A DNA stretch of 64,000 nt, taken from positions 319,982,001 to 320,046,000 of the forward strand of contig OZ024742.1 in the NCBI GenBank assembly GCA_964016885.1. The letters are read 5' to 3'. Origin of the DNA: Eledone cirrhosa. Lineage: Eukaryota. Shown piece after piece: positions 39,101 to 55,282 of the stretch (position 1 is its first letter; every line of letters begins with the position of its first letter). The notes under the pieces were generated by a model, which did no database searches, was not told the origin of the DNA, and was given only the letters and a program-made list of their open reading frames with translations. A program made the translations under genes and the position numbers.

Positions 39101-40090
39101 CCAATAAAGTTTGAACATATGCTTCAACACTGACTTCGATTCCATTTAATCTCTCTCTATATATATATGTGTGTGTGTGTGTGTACCCCTCCCTACTGTC
39201 TTAAATTTAGAAAACACATATCCACTATGAGGTCACTAAACCTGCTAGAAACAGCAGCTAACTCTCCCCCATATCACACCCCTCCCTACTGTCTTAAATT
39301 TAGAAAACACACATTAGACAACCATGCAGAACAACTCCATCGCAGCTCTGTTGTTCGGCTGGCATCGTCTACGCGCGTGTTGCGCAAGTACTGTGAAACA
39401 ATAAATTTTAACACTTCTTTGCACAGAGATAATATCCATAGGCGAAACTACAATTGTCACTGCTGGTGCAGCTCCTGCTTCGGCAGTCCAGGTCTGCAAT
39501 TCATTCATCCAGTGCCTGGCAGACAAAAAAGTGCTGCCATAAAATGGGTGGTGCAACCTAACTTTGGTAACTTACTGACCCCGATCAACGCCGGGCTTTA
39601 ATGCTAGTATATATATAAACAGAAATAACAAAGCAAACGACACGGTACAATAAAGGAATATATTAGATACAGTAGGAAAAGAGTCGTTACGTTATGGACA
39701 CTAGTCCTTCATCAGATGATAGAAAGAGAAATAAATTATATATGGTCAACACATCAGAGTACGTAGATATGAAAGTAATTCACTCGAGGCAAGACTTATA
39801 TAGAAAAATAGCATATAATTAAAACAATAACATCAATAATAAAATAGTGTATAATCTAAACAATAACATCAAAAATATACATGTATGGTAAATAGGTAGA
39901 GAAGTTACAGATGTAAAAAGTAAAAGTAAAATATAAGATAGGGTACATTAAAAAGTAAGAAAAAGAGAGAATGGAAAATATAAAGAGATAAACAAATAAA
40001 TAGTAGTAGTTTTTGAGTAAGTGTTCTTATAAGGATTCGTTGGTGGGAAACTAGATTCGAGATGTACATAGATACGTGTAGAGGGTCCGA

Positions 40091-40260
40091 TAAAAGAGAC
40101 AATAAATTAGAGATTAATTGCTGGATACATGTATGATATTTATGGGCTAGGGATGACGAGACATTTGATAAACAAGCGTTTATCAAATGTCTCGTCATCC
40201 CTAGCGAATAAATATCATACATGTATCCAGCAATTAATTTCTAATTTATTGTCTCTTTTA
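40091..40260. repeat. Near-perfect 170-bp palindrome (83-bp arms, AAGC loop)
   Basis: TAAAAGAGACAAT...TTTGATAAAC-AAGC-GTTTATCAAA...ATTGTCTCTTTTA, about 3 mismatches. Confidence 0.93.
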
Positions 40261-40326
40261 TGTATACATCTTACACTTTCAATCAGTGCTGCCTGTAATT
40301 GTGTTCTTTCAAGCAGAACATCTTTT

Positions 40327-40774
40327 TAACTCCTGACTCTCCACATGATGCCTTTGACACTAAAAACAATTATGTACCCTAAATGTTCTAAATGACTAGG
40401 ATTTTAGTTACATGTTTCGACATTCCCTATGCTCCGATGAATTCATACTTCCCTCTGGAAGAAACAATTGTCAGCAAATAAATGTTCTAAACTAAAATTT
40501 TATCGTTTTAACACTTTGTATCTCGGCTCTGTAAAACACTTGAAAATCTTCATTGAGCCTTTTGTCATACCGGTAACCGGCTAGTACTTAGTACTATCTT
40601 CCATATTTATATTTATAGTTGTATCAAACATATATAAATATAAATATTCTTATTACTATATATATATATATATATATGAGAAATGAACATTTTCCTATTA
40701 CCCACTCTACTACCCTAAGTATTGAGTACTCTGGTGCGTTATGGTCCATCTGGTTCCTTACCACACTTTCTTTG

Positions 40775-40824
<50 letters not shown>

Positions 40825-41429
40825 CCATGACCATTACGAGCTGAGGATCCGCTAATGTGAAACAATTGTTCTCTGTATGGTGAACTAACTGTTGTGTTAC
40901 CACTTCTATATATATATATATATATATATAGGAAAATAGTCACGACCCCAACGGCTGAGCTCCGGCCGTTTCGACAGCTAGATCCGGACGGATCTAGCTG
41001 TTACCCACTCTACTACACTAAGTATCGAGTACTCCGGTGCGTTATGGTCCTTCTGGTTCCTTACCACACTTTCTTTGTTATATATATATATATAGGAAAA
41101 AATATGACCCCAAGGGGTCATACTTTTTCCTATTTCCCACTCTACTACCCTAAGTATTGAGTACTCTGGAGCGTTATGGTCCATCTGGTTCCTTACCACA
41201 ATTCCTTTGTTATTTATATATATATATATATATACAAAGTGTTAAAACGATCAAATTTTACTTTATAACATTTGTTAGCTGACAATTGTTTCTTCCAGAG
41301 TGAAGTCTAGAATCATCGGAGCATAGGGAATGTCGAAAACGTGTAACTAGAATCCTAGTCATTTAGAACATTTAGGGTACATAGTTGTTATTAGTGTCAA
41401 AGGCATCATGTGGAGATTCAGGAGTTAAA
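40327..41429. repeat. Two diverged inverted copies (~40327-40521 and ~41233-41429) of a ~195-bp HHR-containing repeat
   Basis: GCT-CCGATGA-TTCTAGA/TCTGGAA-GAAA-CAATTG-TC^AGC at 41278-41322 (-), and a decayed copy at 40431-40475 (+). Confidence 0.75.
40831..40880 (+). ncRNA. Hammerhead-like motif between (AT)n tracts
   Basis: TACGAG-CTGAGGA-TCCGCTAATGT-GAAA-CAATTG-TT^CTCTGTA; weak stem II. Confidence 0.55.
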
Positions 41430-41461
<32 letters not shown>

Positions 41462-41500
41462 CATATATATACATATATATATATACATATATATATATAC

Positions 41501-41587
<87 letters not shown>

Positions 41588-41590
<3 letters not shown>

Positions 41591-41755
41591 TTAAATTCCG
41601 TTATAACGAAATTCATGGGGTATTAAAAACATTCGTTGTAACAAAAAGTTTTTTATATCGAGATCGACCGCCACCGTGTGGCCTGGGATTGAAAAAAATG
41701 TAATTATACTGAAAAATTCGTTATTATGGTATTCGTTATAACGAAATTTTACCTG
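41588..41755. mobile_element. Tc1/mariner (pogo/Tigger-like) MITE
   Basis: TIRs CAGTTAAATTCCGTTATAACGAA / TTCGTTATAACGAAATTTTACCTG, flanked by TA. Confidence 0.8.
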
Positions 41756-42122
<367 letters not shown>

Positions 42123-42146
42123 ATATATATATATATATATATATGT

Positions 42147-42178
<32 letters not shown>

Positions 42179-42386
42179 AAAGAGAGATAGGGTAGATATA
42201 TCCACGCAATACACAATACACCCACATATAACGTATGAAACCTTTAGAAGTCTGACATATACAAGGACAGACAAATGCTGACTAAAATCTCAAAGAATTC
42301 ACTGCACCTACACGTATTGAGGTTTATATTGTTTAAGATACAGACGCAGACACGCCCGGCCTACAATTACCTATACTCATGGTATG

Positions 42387-42499
<113 letters not shown>

Positions 42500-42589
42500 A
42501 CACACACCTACACAATCACACAAAAATGCGTACACATAAAGGGATAAATTATGGTGTGTATTTGTTCACAAACACATACACATTAACAT

Positions 42590-42623
<34 letters not shown>

Positions 42624-42789
42624 ATAGAGAGAGTGGAGAGAGAGAGGGGAGTAAGAAAAGGAGAGAGAGAGAGGTTGATAGATTACTAGGTAAGAAGGTT
42701 GGTATGTAGGTTGCTGGGTGATTAGGTAGGTTGGAGGGTTGGTAGGAGGTAGGTCACTTAGTTGACAGGTAGATAGGACTTCAGAATTA

Positions 42790-43425
42790 CACACAAGCAC
42801 AGAGACACACACACACGCACACACACACAGATACATACACACAAGTACGGACACGCTCACACACACACAGATACATACAGATACGGACACGCTCACTCAC
42901 ATACACATACACACAGATAGATACATACAGATACGGACACGCTCACACACACACACACAGATACATACATACAGATACGGACACGCTCACACACACAGAT
43001 ATATACATACAGATACATACATACAGGTACGGACACGCTCACACACACACACACAGATACATACATACAGATACATACATACAGATACGGACACGCTCAC
43101 ACACACACACACACACACAGATACATACATACAGATACGGACACGCTCACACACACACACAGATACATACATACAGATACGGACACGCTCACACACACAC
43201 ACACACACACAGATACATACATACAGATACGGACACGCTCACACACACACACAGATACATACATACAGATACGGACACGCTCACACACACACACAGATAC
43301 ATACATACAGATACGGACACGCTCACACCCACACAGATATATACATACAGATACATACATACAGGTACGGACACGCTCACACACACACACACACACACAG
43401 ATACATACATACAGATACGGACACG

Positions 43426-43463
<38 letters not shown>

Positions 43464-43577
43464 TATATACACACAGGTACGGACACGTTCACACACACAC
43501 AGATACATACACACAGGTACGGACACGTTCACACACACACACACACACACAGATACATACATACAGATACGGACACG

Positions 43578-43615
<38 letters not shown>

Positions 43616-43679
43616 TATATACACACAGGTACGGACACGTTCACACACACACAGATACATACACACAGGTACGGACACG

Positions 43680-43731
<52 letters not shown>

Positions 43732-44280
43732 TATATACATACAGGTACAGACACGCTCACACACACAGAGATACATACACACAGGTACGGACACGTTCAC
43801 ACACACACACACACATACACACAGATATATACATACAGGTACAGACACGCTCACACACACAGAGATACATACACACAGGTACAGACACGCTCACACACAC
43901 ACAGATACATACACACAGGTACAGACACGCTCACTCACACACACACACACACAGATACATACAGATACGGACACGCTCACACACACACAGATACATACAT
44001 ACAGGTACACACACACACACACACACAGATACATACACACAGGTACGGACACGCTCACACTCACACACACACAGATACATACATACAGGTACGAACACGC
44101 TCACACACACACACACACAGATACATACACACAGGTACGGACACGCTCACACTCACACACATACAGATACATACATACAGGTACGAACACGCTCACACAC
44201 ACACACACACAGATACATACACACAGGTACGGACACGCTCACACACACAGATACAGACACGCTCACACACACACATACTT
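42790..44280. repeat. Compound minisatellite CAGATACATACATACAGRTACGGACACGCT(CA)n
   Basis: Repeated core separated by variable (CA)n. Confidence 0.93.
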
Positions 44281-44766
44281 CATACATGCACTCGCACGCA
44301 CACACACACATACAAAGAAAGGCTGAGAGTGGGGAAATGAGAGAAAAGTTTATGTCGAGAATGAGGCTGTGGGTAAGAGAAGAGGATAATAAGAAAAGAA
44401 TAGCTAAGAGAGAAAATGTTAAAATACATAACGATGAAAGTATTGTGAAAAAAAGGAATTTAAAATGTGGTAGAGAGCAAGAGACAAAGAGAGAGAAGGG
44501 TTCCACAGAAGGAGAGAGAAGTTAACAGTAAGAGAGAAGGTAAAGAGAGAGGGGAAAGAGTGAGATACTCATAGAGAGATAGTGTGAGGAGAAGGCGTAG
44601 AGGGAAAGGGAGAAAGAAAGAAATACACGGAGTAAGAGGTGAGCCTGCTAGTAAAGTAGTTCAAAGGGAAAATAATTTGTGTCAAAGTTAGTATTGTCAT
44701 CACAACTTGGTGAAAATATTCTGGTGACTCATACAAGGGACTGCGGTATCACATTGCATCTCTCTC

Positions 44767-44849
<83 letters not shown>

Positions 44850-45128
44850 TTTTGTGGTCCTTTATCATTGGCCTAGCCCTAGTAAATATCCCGTTATTTC
44901 AAAATCACAAGCATCTTATGCTTTATACACCTCTCTCTCTCTCCATATAGTTTGATTTCGTAAGGAAAAGTACTTAATACCAAAGTATTAAGTACGTTTT
45001 TAAACTGTGGTCACTTCCCAATCCCCAACGAGAAATGACCCCAATATATATATATGACTTTCAAGGGATAACTTGAACCGTTAAGGTATATTATCCTTGG
45101 TCATGTCAAATATTTATAAAACATTTTG

Positions 45129-45189
45129 TATTTTATCTGATGATAGCGTACCAAAATTTTGGTACCCTTGAAATATATATAATAGAATA
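45129..45189 (+). ncRNA. Hammerhead-like motif; relatives at 48932-48997 and 59561-59631
   Basis: TATTTTAT-CTGAYGA-long stem II-GAAA-(TATATA/TATGTA/TGCGCA)-TA^ATARAATA. Confidence 0.65.
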
Positions 45190-45548
45190 AGTATGGTTTT
45201 ATAAATATAGTTTCCATTTATTTAATATTGTATATATATATAACAAAGGAATTGTGGTAAGGAACCAGATGGACAATAACGCACCAGAGTACTCAATACT
45301 TAGGGTAGTAGAGTGGGAAATAGGAAAAAGTATGACCCCATATATATAAGTATGTATACGTACATACATATATGCATACAGACGTACAGTAGTATGTATA
45401 TATATATATACATACATGCACACATATATATGTACGTATGGATTCACCGAACATTTATTATAATGCTCGGTGTGTTTGTAAACAAACATCCCGAATTAAG
45501 CCGTACAGTGTCTAGCAACCATCGTTGCTCATTTGTTCAACACTGACA

Positions 45549-45835
45549 AAGGAACGCTGTACTAGTTTCAAGCTTATTAGCTATCGTCAGCAACGTATAC
45601 CTTCCTGCCAGATGGTTGAACATCTGAAAGTATATACTTTCCTTATGCATATTAACGGCTGAGCAGTTATCGTTTTCGGTACCCCGGCCGATTAACTCAC
45701 TCGATATGCAAATTAGGCTGCTCAGCCGTTAATATGAATAAGGAAAGTATCTACTTTCAGACGTTCAACCATCTGGCAGGAAGGTATACGTTGCTGACGA
45801 TAGCTAATAAGCTTGAAACTAGTACAGCGTTCCTT
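45549..45835. repeat. Inverted repeat, 118-bp arms, 51-bp spacer, one HHR per arm
   Basis: Arms 45549-45666 and 45718-45835 differ at about 3 positions; ACGTTG-CTGACGA-TAGCT AATA AGCTT-GAAA-CTAG-TA^CAGCGT at 45788-45830 (+) and 45554-45596 (-). Confidence 0.88.
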
Positions 45836-46213
45836 GTATATATTTTTCATTAAAGAAATATATTTCACCAATTAATCGATTGGTAAACGACAGTAGCCAA
45901 ATTCTTGATTTTTCTCCAGGGAAGAAGACTTAACTATCTGTGTTTATACATCAAATTCAAATCTGTGACTAACTATTAGCACGTGTTGCATTTAATACAA
46001 ATACACATATCGCGCCAGCTTCGTCCCAGTGGCGTGAATAGGGTTATTGACAACTAGAAATAGCAGTCAAGTCCTTTCAACTGAGTTAGCTCTACAACTG
46101 AGTTAGCTCTGCCGTCGGGGCCATACTTTTTTCCTATTACCCACTCTACTACCCTAAGTATTGAGTACTCTGGTGCGTTATGGTCCATCTGGTTCCTTAC
46201 CACAATTCCTTCG

Positions 46214-46257
<44 letters not shown>

Positions 46258-46579
46258 ATATGTGTTTATGTATGTCTGTGTAATCCCTTCGCCCATTCAC
46301 CCGTCTATCTGCTTGTCTGTTTATCTGTATGTCTCTCTCTTTCTCTATCCCTCTCTCATTCACCCCCTCTCTCTTTATCTCTCTATCTCTCTAGTGTTTC
46401 AGCTATACATCTAATTTTGCTTTCATGAGTACCAACTTTCAGTTTCACTTTCTCGTCTGCTTCAGTCTGCCTCTCTTTCATTGTCTACCTACCTGTCTAT
46501 TCCAGTCCATGTCTTTCTTTCACAATTTATGAAACCCTCTTTATTTATCACTTCCTCTCACTTTCTTTCTCCAACCCTC

Positions 46580-46646
<67 letters not shown>

Positions 46647-46666
46647 ATCTTTCTCTCTCTTTCTCC

Positions 46667-46715
<49 letters not shown>

Positions 46716-47731
46716 GGAATTAAAAGGGACAAGGTGCTGTGTTGTTACTAATAAAGTGTTTAAACATAAGACAATTCCCCTCTTCAGTTGACTGCTTACT
46801 CTTAATTTCTACCCTCTCTTTATATATTCTTTACCCTCATATATGGTTAACATCAAAACCTTCCCCTATACCATTGGTCAAAGAATAATTGTTCCACATC
46901 ACAGCACACAGATTGATAGTGTGAAACTATTTACCCCCACACCCTCTCCTCTCTACTATCACACTAACTGACTGTATTTCATTCTATCTTTAACTTATTT
47001 ATATTCTCTTAAACGAAAATCCCATTGTTGAATTCTACCGCGTAGTGAATAGTTAAATACCACTATCTTTCTGATGAAGTGTAATAAATAATTAAGTATT
47101 GCATATGATTGAACAATTTATATTAGACAAAGAAACATATGTTAAAGCAAATAAATTCCTAATCTCTTCACGCCGGCGTTTATATTTTTCTTGGTGCAAT
47201 ACTTGTTTATATTAATATACTCCGTGATCTCTTCTGGACCTATATACCATATTAGGCTGCTAGGATATTTATACTATACAATTCAAAAGATACCGTCGAG
47301 TCAAACTCTCTGGTAAGCAGCTTTCTTGTTTAAGCATTCATTCCTGATATACATAAACAAAACCTTATCTACCTTCACATTTATATATATATGTGTGTGT
47401 GTGTGTGTGTGCGTTCGGACTATCTGTTTAGTACATAAACTTGTACCATCCACAGAGACCTTTCTTTTAGCTTAAGTTTCAAGAGGTAAGTCCTCCCTCT
47501 CAATGGGATCCAATTCGAAACACATTTCAACAGTGTAGTTTCCATCCTCTATCCAAATCTACGGTATCAGAGACCGGGAACTTTGTTGAGGAAACCCTGA
47601 CTATATATTGCTGGTAACATCTGGCCTCCTCCTACAAATTCCTGCTTGTTACCTGTAAGGGTTGTGATGTTCTCGTTGCCATTTTTTTCATGTTTTCTCT
47701 CTTTTAAACCCTATCTGGGACCTATATATAC

Positions 47732-47773
<42 letters not shown>

Positions 47774-48560
47774 TATGGGGTTAACAGAAGAGGGATATGC
47801 TGATCACATTATGGTCTGTCGGTTACAAAGCAGATAAAAAGAAGCTCTCAACAACCTGTATAAATTGTGCAGGTCGGAACATTATATATTAATAACAAAT
47901 CGAAGGCCATACTCAGTTAATTCCGGTTTATTTAAAGCTCCGTTATACATATTTCACTGAGGACTGTCAGTTAAGATAGCCTGAGCTCTTCTGGCGGCAA
48001 AACCCAAAATAAACATTGAAAGTTCCTAAGAAACCTTTAATTTTGGAAAAATCCAATAATTTCCCCGAAAAATATTTTCTCTTCGTGACAGGGGGGGGGG
48101 GGGCGGAGAAACGACAGCACGCGTTCGGCTGGCTTTCTCTATCATGAAAAGTAACTCCGACATAAAACCTGCGGCTCGGTAGTTACCGATGATGTTGATC
48201 TTTTCTTTTTTTCGGATTATAGCTACTGTCGCTCAGGGAGTGGGACTGGCTCAGTGCACAGTCTTTCCTCACTTTAAAAAAAATCTTCACGCACAGGAAT
48301 TGCACGATGGCATTAATTGATAATTATTAATAATGTTATACGTGCAATGGCCATACTCGATAACGAGGGGGCAGCCATCATATATATATATATTGATACG
48401 TAAACATACACATTCACACATAAGTATATGTGCGTCAGCATGGAAATACAAATACACACATATGCGTGTGATCTTTCGCTCACATATGCGCAAACACAGG
48501 CGCGCATTCATACACGTACTCAGTATTAAAGTATAAATATATATACACGTTAAATGATGC

Positions 48561-48593
<33 letters not shown>

Positions 48594-48635
48594 CACGCAC
48601 ATTTACCTTTACCTTTCCTACGGAAATACTTCATT

Positions 48636-48687
<52 letters not shown>

Positions 48688-48732
48688 GTATATATATATA
48701 TAGCCTGCCTTGTTTTCTCTTGTAATTTTTTC

Positions 48733-48809
<77 letters not shown>

Positions 48810-49004
48810 GAGGTTATATTTAATTTGTTGGGATTCAACAAGCTTAAAAATATCCAGGAAGCTCCAACCGTTAAGGTTGTCTTTTTTTTTTAGGGTATGT
48901 CAATATTTATTTATAAAACAAATCTGTATTGTATTTTATCTGATGAAAGCGCACCATAATTTGCCTTGGTGGTCCTTGAAATATGTATAATAGAATAAAT
49001 ATGG

Positions 49005-49076
<72 letters not shown>

Positions 49077-49317
49077 AGATAGAGAGAGTAGGGGGAATAG
49101 ATGTAGACATGTATTTGTCGGTCAACCAATATCTGTCATTTATTGATATTATGTCAGTCACCTAGTCAGACAGTGTCAGTCTGACAGTCACTATGTTTGT
49201 GTGTCTGTATTTTCTCTTTCTCTCTACTTCTCTGTCATCCTGCCGTTTAACTGCTTCACTTTCTCACGAAAAGAAAAAATTATATTTACTCTATCACAGT
49301 CACTTCAGTAATTCACC

Positions 49318-51820
49318 TCTCCTCCTCTACACCACCCACATTCCTCACCCCCACCTCCTCTACACCACCCACATTCCTCACCCCCACCTCCTCTACACCA
49401 CCCACATTCCTCACCCCACCTCCTCTACACCACCCACATTCCTCACCCCCACCTCCGCTACACCACCCACATTCCTCACCCCCACCTCCTCTACACCACC
49501 CACATTCCTCACCCCACCTCCTCTACACCACCCACATTCCTCACCCCACCTCCTCTACACCACCCACATTCCTCACCCCCACCTCCTCTACACCACCCAC
49601 ATTCCTCACCCCCACCTCCTCTACATCACCCACATTCCTCACCCCCACCTCCTCTACACCACCCACATTCCTCACCCCCACCTCCTCTACACCACCCACA
49701 TTCCTCACCCCACCTCCTCTACACCACCCACATTCCTCACCCCCACCTCCGCTACACCACCCACATTCCTCACCCCCACCTCCTCTACACCACCCACATT
49801 CCTCACCCCACCTCCTCTACACCACCCACATTCCTCACCCCACCTCCTCTACACCACCCACATTCCTCACCCCCACCTCCTCTACACCACCCACATTCCT
49901 CACCCCCACCTCCTCTACACCACCCACATTCCTCACCCCCACCTCCTCTACATCACCCACATTCCTCACCCCCACCTCCTCTACACCACCCACATTCCTC
50001 ACCCCCACCTCCTCTACATCACCCACATTCCTCACCCCCACCTCCTCTACACCACCCACATTCCTCACCCCCACCTCCTCTACACCACCCACATTCCTCA
50101 CCCCCACCTCCTCTACATCACCCACATTCCTCACCCCCACCTCCTCTACACCACCCACATTCCTCACCCCCACCTCCTCTACATCACCCACATTCCTCAC
50201 CCCCACCTCCTCTACACCACCCACATTCCTCACCCCCACCTCCTCTACACCACCCACATTCCTCACCCCCACCTCCTCTACATCACCCACATTCCTCACC
50301 CCCACCTCCTCTACACCACCCACATTCCTCACCCCCACCTCCTCTACATCACCCACATTCCTCACCCCCACCTCCTCTACACCACCCACATTCCTCACCC
50401 CCACCTCCTCTACACCACCCACATTCCTCACCCCACCTCCTCTACACCACCCACATTCCTCACCCCACCTCCTCTACACCACCCACATTCCTCACCCCCA
50501 CCTCCTCTACACCACCCACATTCCTCACCCCCACCTCCTCTACATCACCCACATTCCTCACCCCACCTCCTCTATATCACCCACATTCCTCACCCCCACC
50601 TCCTCTACATCACCCACATTCCTCACCCCACCTCCTCTACACCACCCACATTCCTCACCCCCACCTCCTCTACATCACCCACATTCTTCACCCCCACCTC
50701 CTCTACATCACCCACATTCCTCACCCCACCTCCTCTATATCACCCACATTCCCCCTCCCCATCTCTTCTATATCACCCACATTCCATTCCTCCCCCCACC
50801 TCCTCTACACCACCCACATTCCTCACCCCACCTCCTCTACACCACCCACATTCCTCACCCCCACCTCCTCTACACCACCCACATTCCTCACCCCCACCTC
50901 CTCTACATCACCCACATTCCTCACCCCCACCTCCTCTACACCACCCACATTCCTCACCCCCACCTCCTCTACACCACCCACATTCCTCACCCCCACCTCC
51001 TCTACACCACCCACATTCCTCACCCCCACCTCCTCTACATCACCCACATTCCTCACCCCCACCTCCTCTACATCACCCACATTCCTCACCCCCACCTCCT
51101 CTACATCACCCACATTCCTCACCCCCACCTCCTCTACATCACCCACATTCCTCACCCCCACCTCCTCTACATCACCCACATTCCTCACCCCCACCTCCTC
51201 TACATCACCCACATTTCTCACCCCCACCTCCTCTACATCACACACATTCCTCACCCCCACCTCCTCTACATCACCCACATTCCTCACCCCCACCTCCTCT
51301 ACATCACCCACATTCCTCACCCCCACCTCCTCTACATCACCCACATTCTTCACCTCCACCTCCTCTACATCACCCACATTCCTCACCCCCACCTCCTCTA
51401 CACCACCCACATTCCTCACCCCCACCTCCTCTACATCACCCACATTCCTCACCCCCACCTCCTCTACACCACCCACATTCCTCACCCCCACCTCCTCTAC
51501 ACCACCCACATTCCTCACCCCCACCTCCTCTACATCACCCACATTCCTCACTCCACCTCCTCTATATCACCCACATTCCTCACCCCCACCTCCTCTACAC
51601 CACCCACATTCCTCACCCCCACCTCCTCTACACCACCCACATTCCTCACCCCCACCTCCTCTACATCACCCATATTCCTCACCCCCACCTCCTCTACATC
51701 ACCCACATTCCTCACCCCCACCTCCTCTATATCACCCACATCCCCTCCATCTCTTCTATATCACCCACATCCCCTCCATCTCTTCTATATCACCCACATT
51801 CCATTCCTCCCCCCTCCTCC
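49318..51820. repeat. C-rich minisatellite, 33-bp unit (32-bp variant) CCTCCTCTACAYCACCCACATTCCTCACCCCCA
   Basis: Tandem periodicity; plus strand almost G-free. Confidence 0.97.
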
Positions 51821-52320
51821 TCGGTGGTTTGGGAACCAGGACCGGTTTTGGCCGGTTTACTCAACATCTCTGTAGATATATCTGTTTATTGTTGATGTTA
51901 CTTCGCCCCGGGTGAGCTTCGATCTATTTATGATAAAAGTCGTGCTTCCAGCCATGACCATCCCAAGGTTTTCTCGGGCATCGCTATCTCTGGCTGTATT
52001 ATCCCCACAAAGAAAAGCAAGTGTTATTTGAGTGTTATTTCAAGGAGATTTTGCTGCGATTTCTAGCAGCCTGAACGGCCACATAGAGGTGCCACTCTGT
52101 TTACTTATCAATCTGTGCAGCTATCAACTCTCTCCTCCCCCCCACCTCTCTCTCTCTCTGTCTCTCTGTCTCTCTCTCTCTTTCTCTCTCTCTTTCAATC
52201 TCTCTCTCTAATACTCATACACATATACACACATACTCTTTTATATACCCTCATACACACACACACATATATACATATGCATATGCACCTGATCACTGTA
52301 TACAATAATTTCATTATTTT

Positions 52321-52375
<55 letters not shown>

Positions 52376-52836
52376 AAATTAGTCAGGACCCTGACGGCTG
52401 AGCTCCGGCCGTTTAGGATCTAGCTGTCGAAACGGCAGGAGCTCAGCCGTCGGGGTCCTGACTCTTTTCCCATTACCCACTCTACCTTAAGTATCCAGTA
52501 CTCTGGTGCATTATGGTCCACCTGGTATCTTACCACATCTTCTTTGTTATATATATATATATATATTTATAAAATAGAAAACACAGGTAAGCATTAAGAG
52601 AAGGATTTTATCCAGGTATTTACGACCGTTTCATTGGTAAGTGCAACCTTATATTGCTATACTGCAAATAGCAGCACTCAATTATACTCCAAGATTGAAC
52701 GGAATTCTTACAAACTTGTGGAGTTACTCCTAACCGTACGTTGAAACCATCCATGAAACTGGCTTTCTTAACCAAGAACTGTATCACAATAAGCAATTTT
52801 TTGCTTCTCTAACTATATATATATTTATATATATAT

Positions 52837-53222
52837 GCGCAAGGTCTTCAAAATGTTTTAAATTAAACATACGGTATATTGCCAAATATACTATACATAC
52901 ATTCATGTATACATCGCTATTTCAGAGCACCAATCCTAATTTTTTATTTTTGCTGGACCGGCAATCGCTCTGTATAATCAGTTCCTGATTATTACTGGAA
53001 TTCTATAAGAATCCAGCCTCTATAATTTTCGGCAGAGGTCGGGGAGTATGTTGCTCTGAGGAACACCAACAGTGTGAAACAGAATCTGTCAGCTTTTCTC
53101 CCTTCCTTTGCCGAAAAAAGAAGTAAGTGACATAGTCACTACTTTAAAATGATAGCGCAAGGTCTTCAAAATGTTTTTAATTAAACATACGGTGTATTGC
53201 CAAATATACTATACATACATTC

Positions 53223-53225
<3 letters not shown>
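52837..53225 (+). mobile_element. Second retrozyme/pLTR-like repeat: 318-bp period (~1.2 units) with HHR, in (AT)n
   Basis: GCGCAAGGTCTTCAAAATG... at 52837 and 53155; HHR at 53053-53093. Confidence 0.8.
53053..53093 (+). ncRNA. Type I hammerhead ribozyme, GUC^ cleavage triplet
   Basis: GCT-CTGAGGA-ACAC CAACA GTGT-GAAA-CAG AAT CTG-TC^AGC. Confidence 0.82.
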
Positions 53226-53278
<53 letters not shown>

Positions 53279-53418
53279 CATTTATATATATATACTGTAT
53301 ATATATATATATTGGAAAAAGTATGACCCCGACGGCAGAGTTCAAGCCGTTTCGACGGCTATTTCTAGACTCTATATATATATATACGGGATAACAAGCT
53401 ATCATTATAGGCAAACCA

Positions 53419-53477
<59 letters not shown>

Positions 53478-53759
53478 TTGGAGGCGGTAAAAACCAGTTA
53501 GACCATTACTCACCAGAGTGCACGATACTTGGGGTAATATGAAAAAATTCAGGACCCCGGCGGCTGAGGTCCGGCCGTTTCAACACATAGATCTGAACTC
53601 AGTTCGGGTCTAGCTGTTGAAACAGCCGGAGCTCAGCCGTCGGATTCCTGAAATTTTTCATATATATATATATAGTATAGAAATGGATTCTACAGGACTA
53701 GAACTGTTTCATTGAGTACCTTACTTACTGTGGTTACTCCCGATTGAACCGGGGATACA

Positions 53760-53831
<72 letters not shown>

Positions 53832-54100
53832 GCGTTATCCGAATAACCTCCAGTGTAGTACCTTACATTCTGTGTCTATGTCTCCGTGCACGACTGTCAG
53901 CCAATATATTTTATTTATTTCTGTCAGTTGCCCAGCCTACACACTGTCCCTTGTGTCTCCATCAACCAGCCAGCCAGTCAGCCGGCTGGCCAGACACCCT
54001 GCATGTATGTCTAATCCCCCTGTGTCGTGATCAATGTACTTTTCGCATTCAGCCTTGTAATGTCTCACTGCCATTTAACATGCATGATATAATGACATCT

Positions 54101-54215
<115 letters not shown>

Positions 54216-54399
54216 TACACATACGCACACGCACACACATACATAGATGCCTATATATATATATATATATATATATTTCGTTTCTGAATTTGTTTAGCAA
54301 GATTCTTTATCTGAAATCGTGTGTTGAAACCGATATTGTTATACTTTGGGAGGGTCATGTTGCCAATAAGAAACACACGCACCAGTCGCTTTCACTTCA

Positions 54400-55282
<883 letters not shown>

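Noticed and set aside
49193-51895. 900-aa His/Pro-rich ORF
   Set aside because: Product of a nearly G-free minisatellite that cannot easily form stops; 32-bp units shift the peptide among all three phases, so there is no frame constraint.
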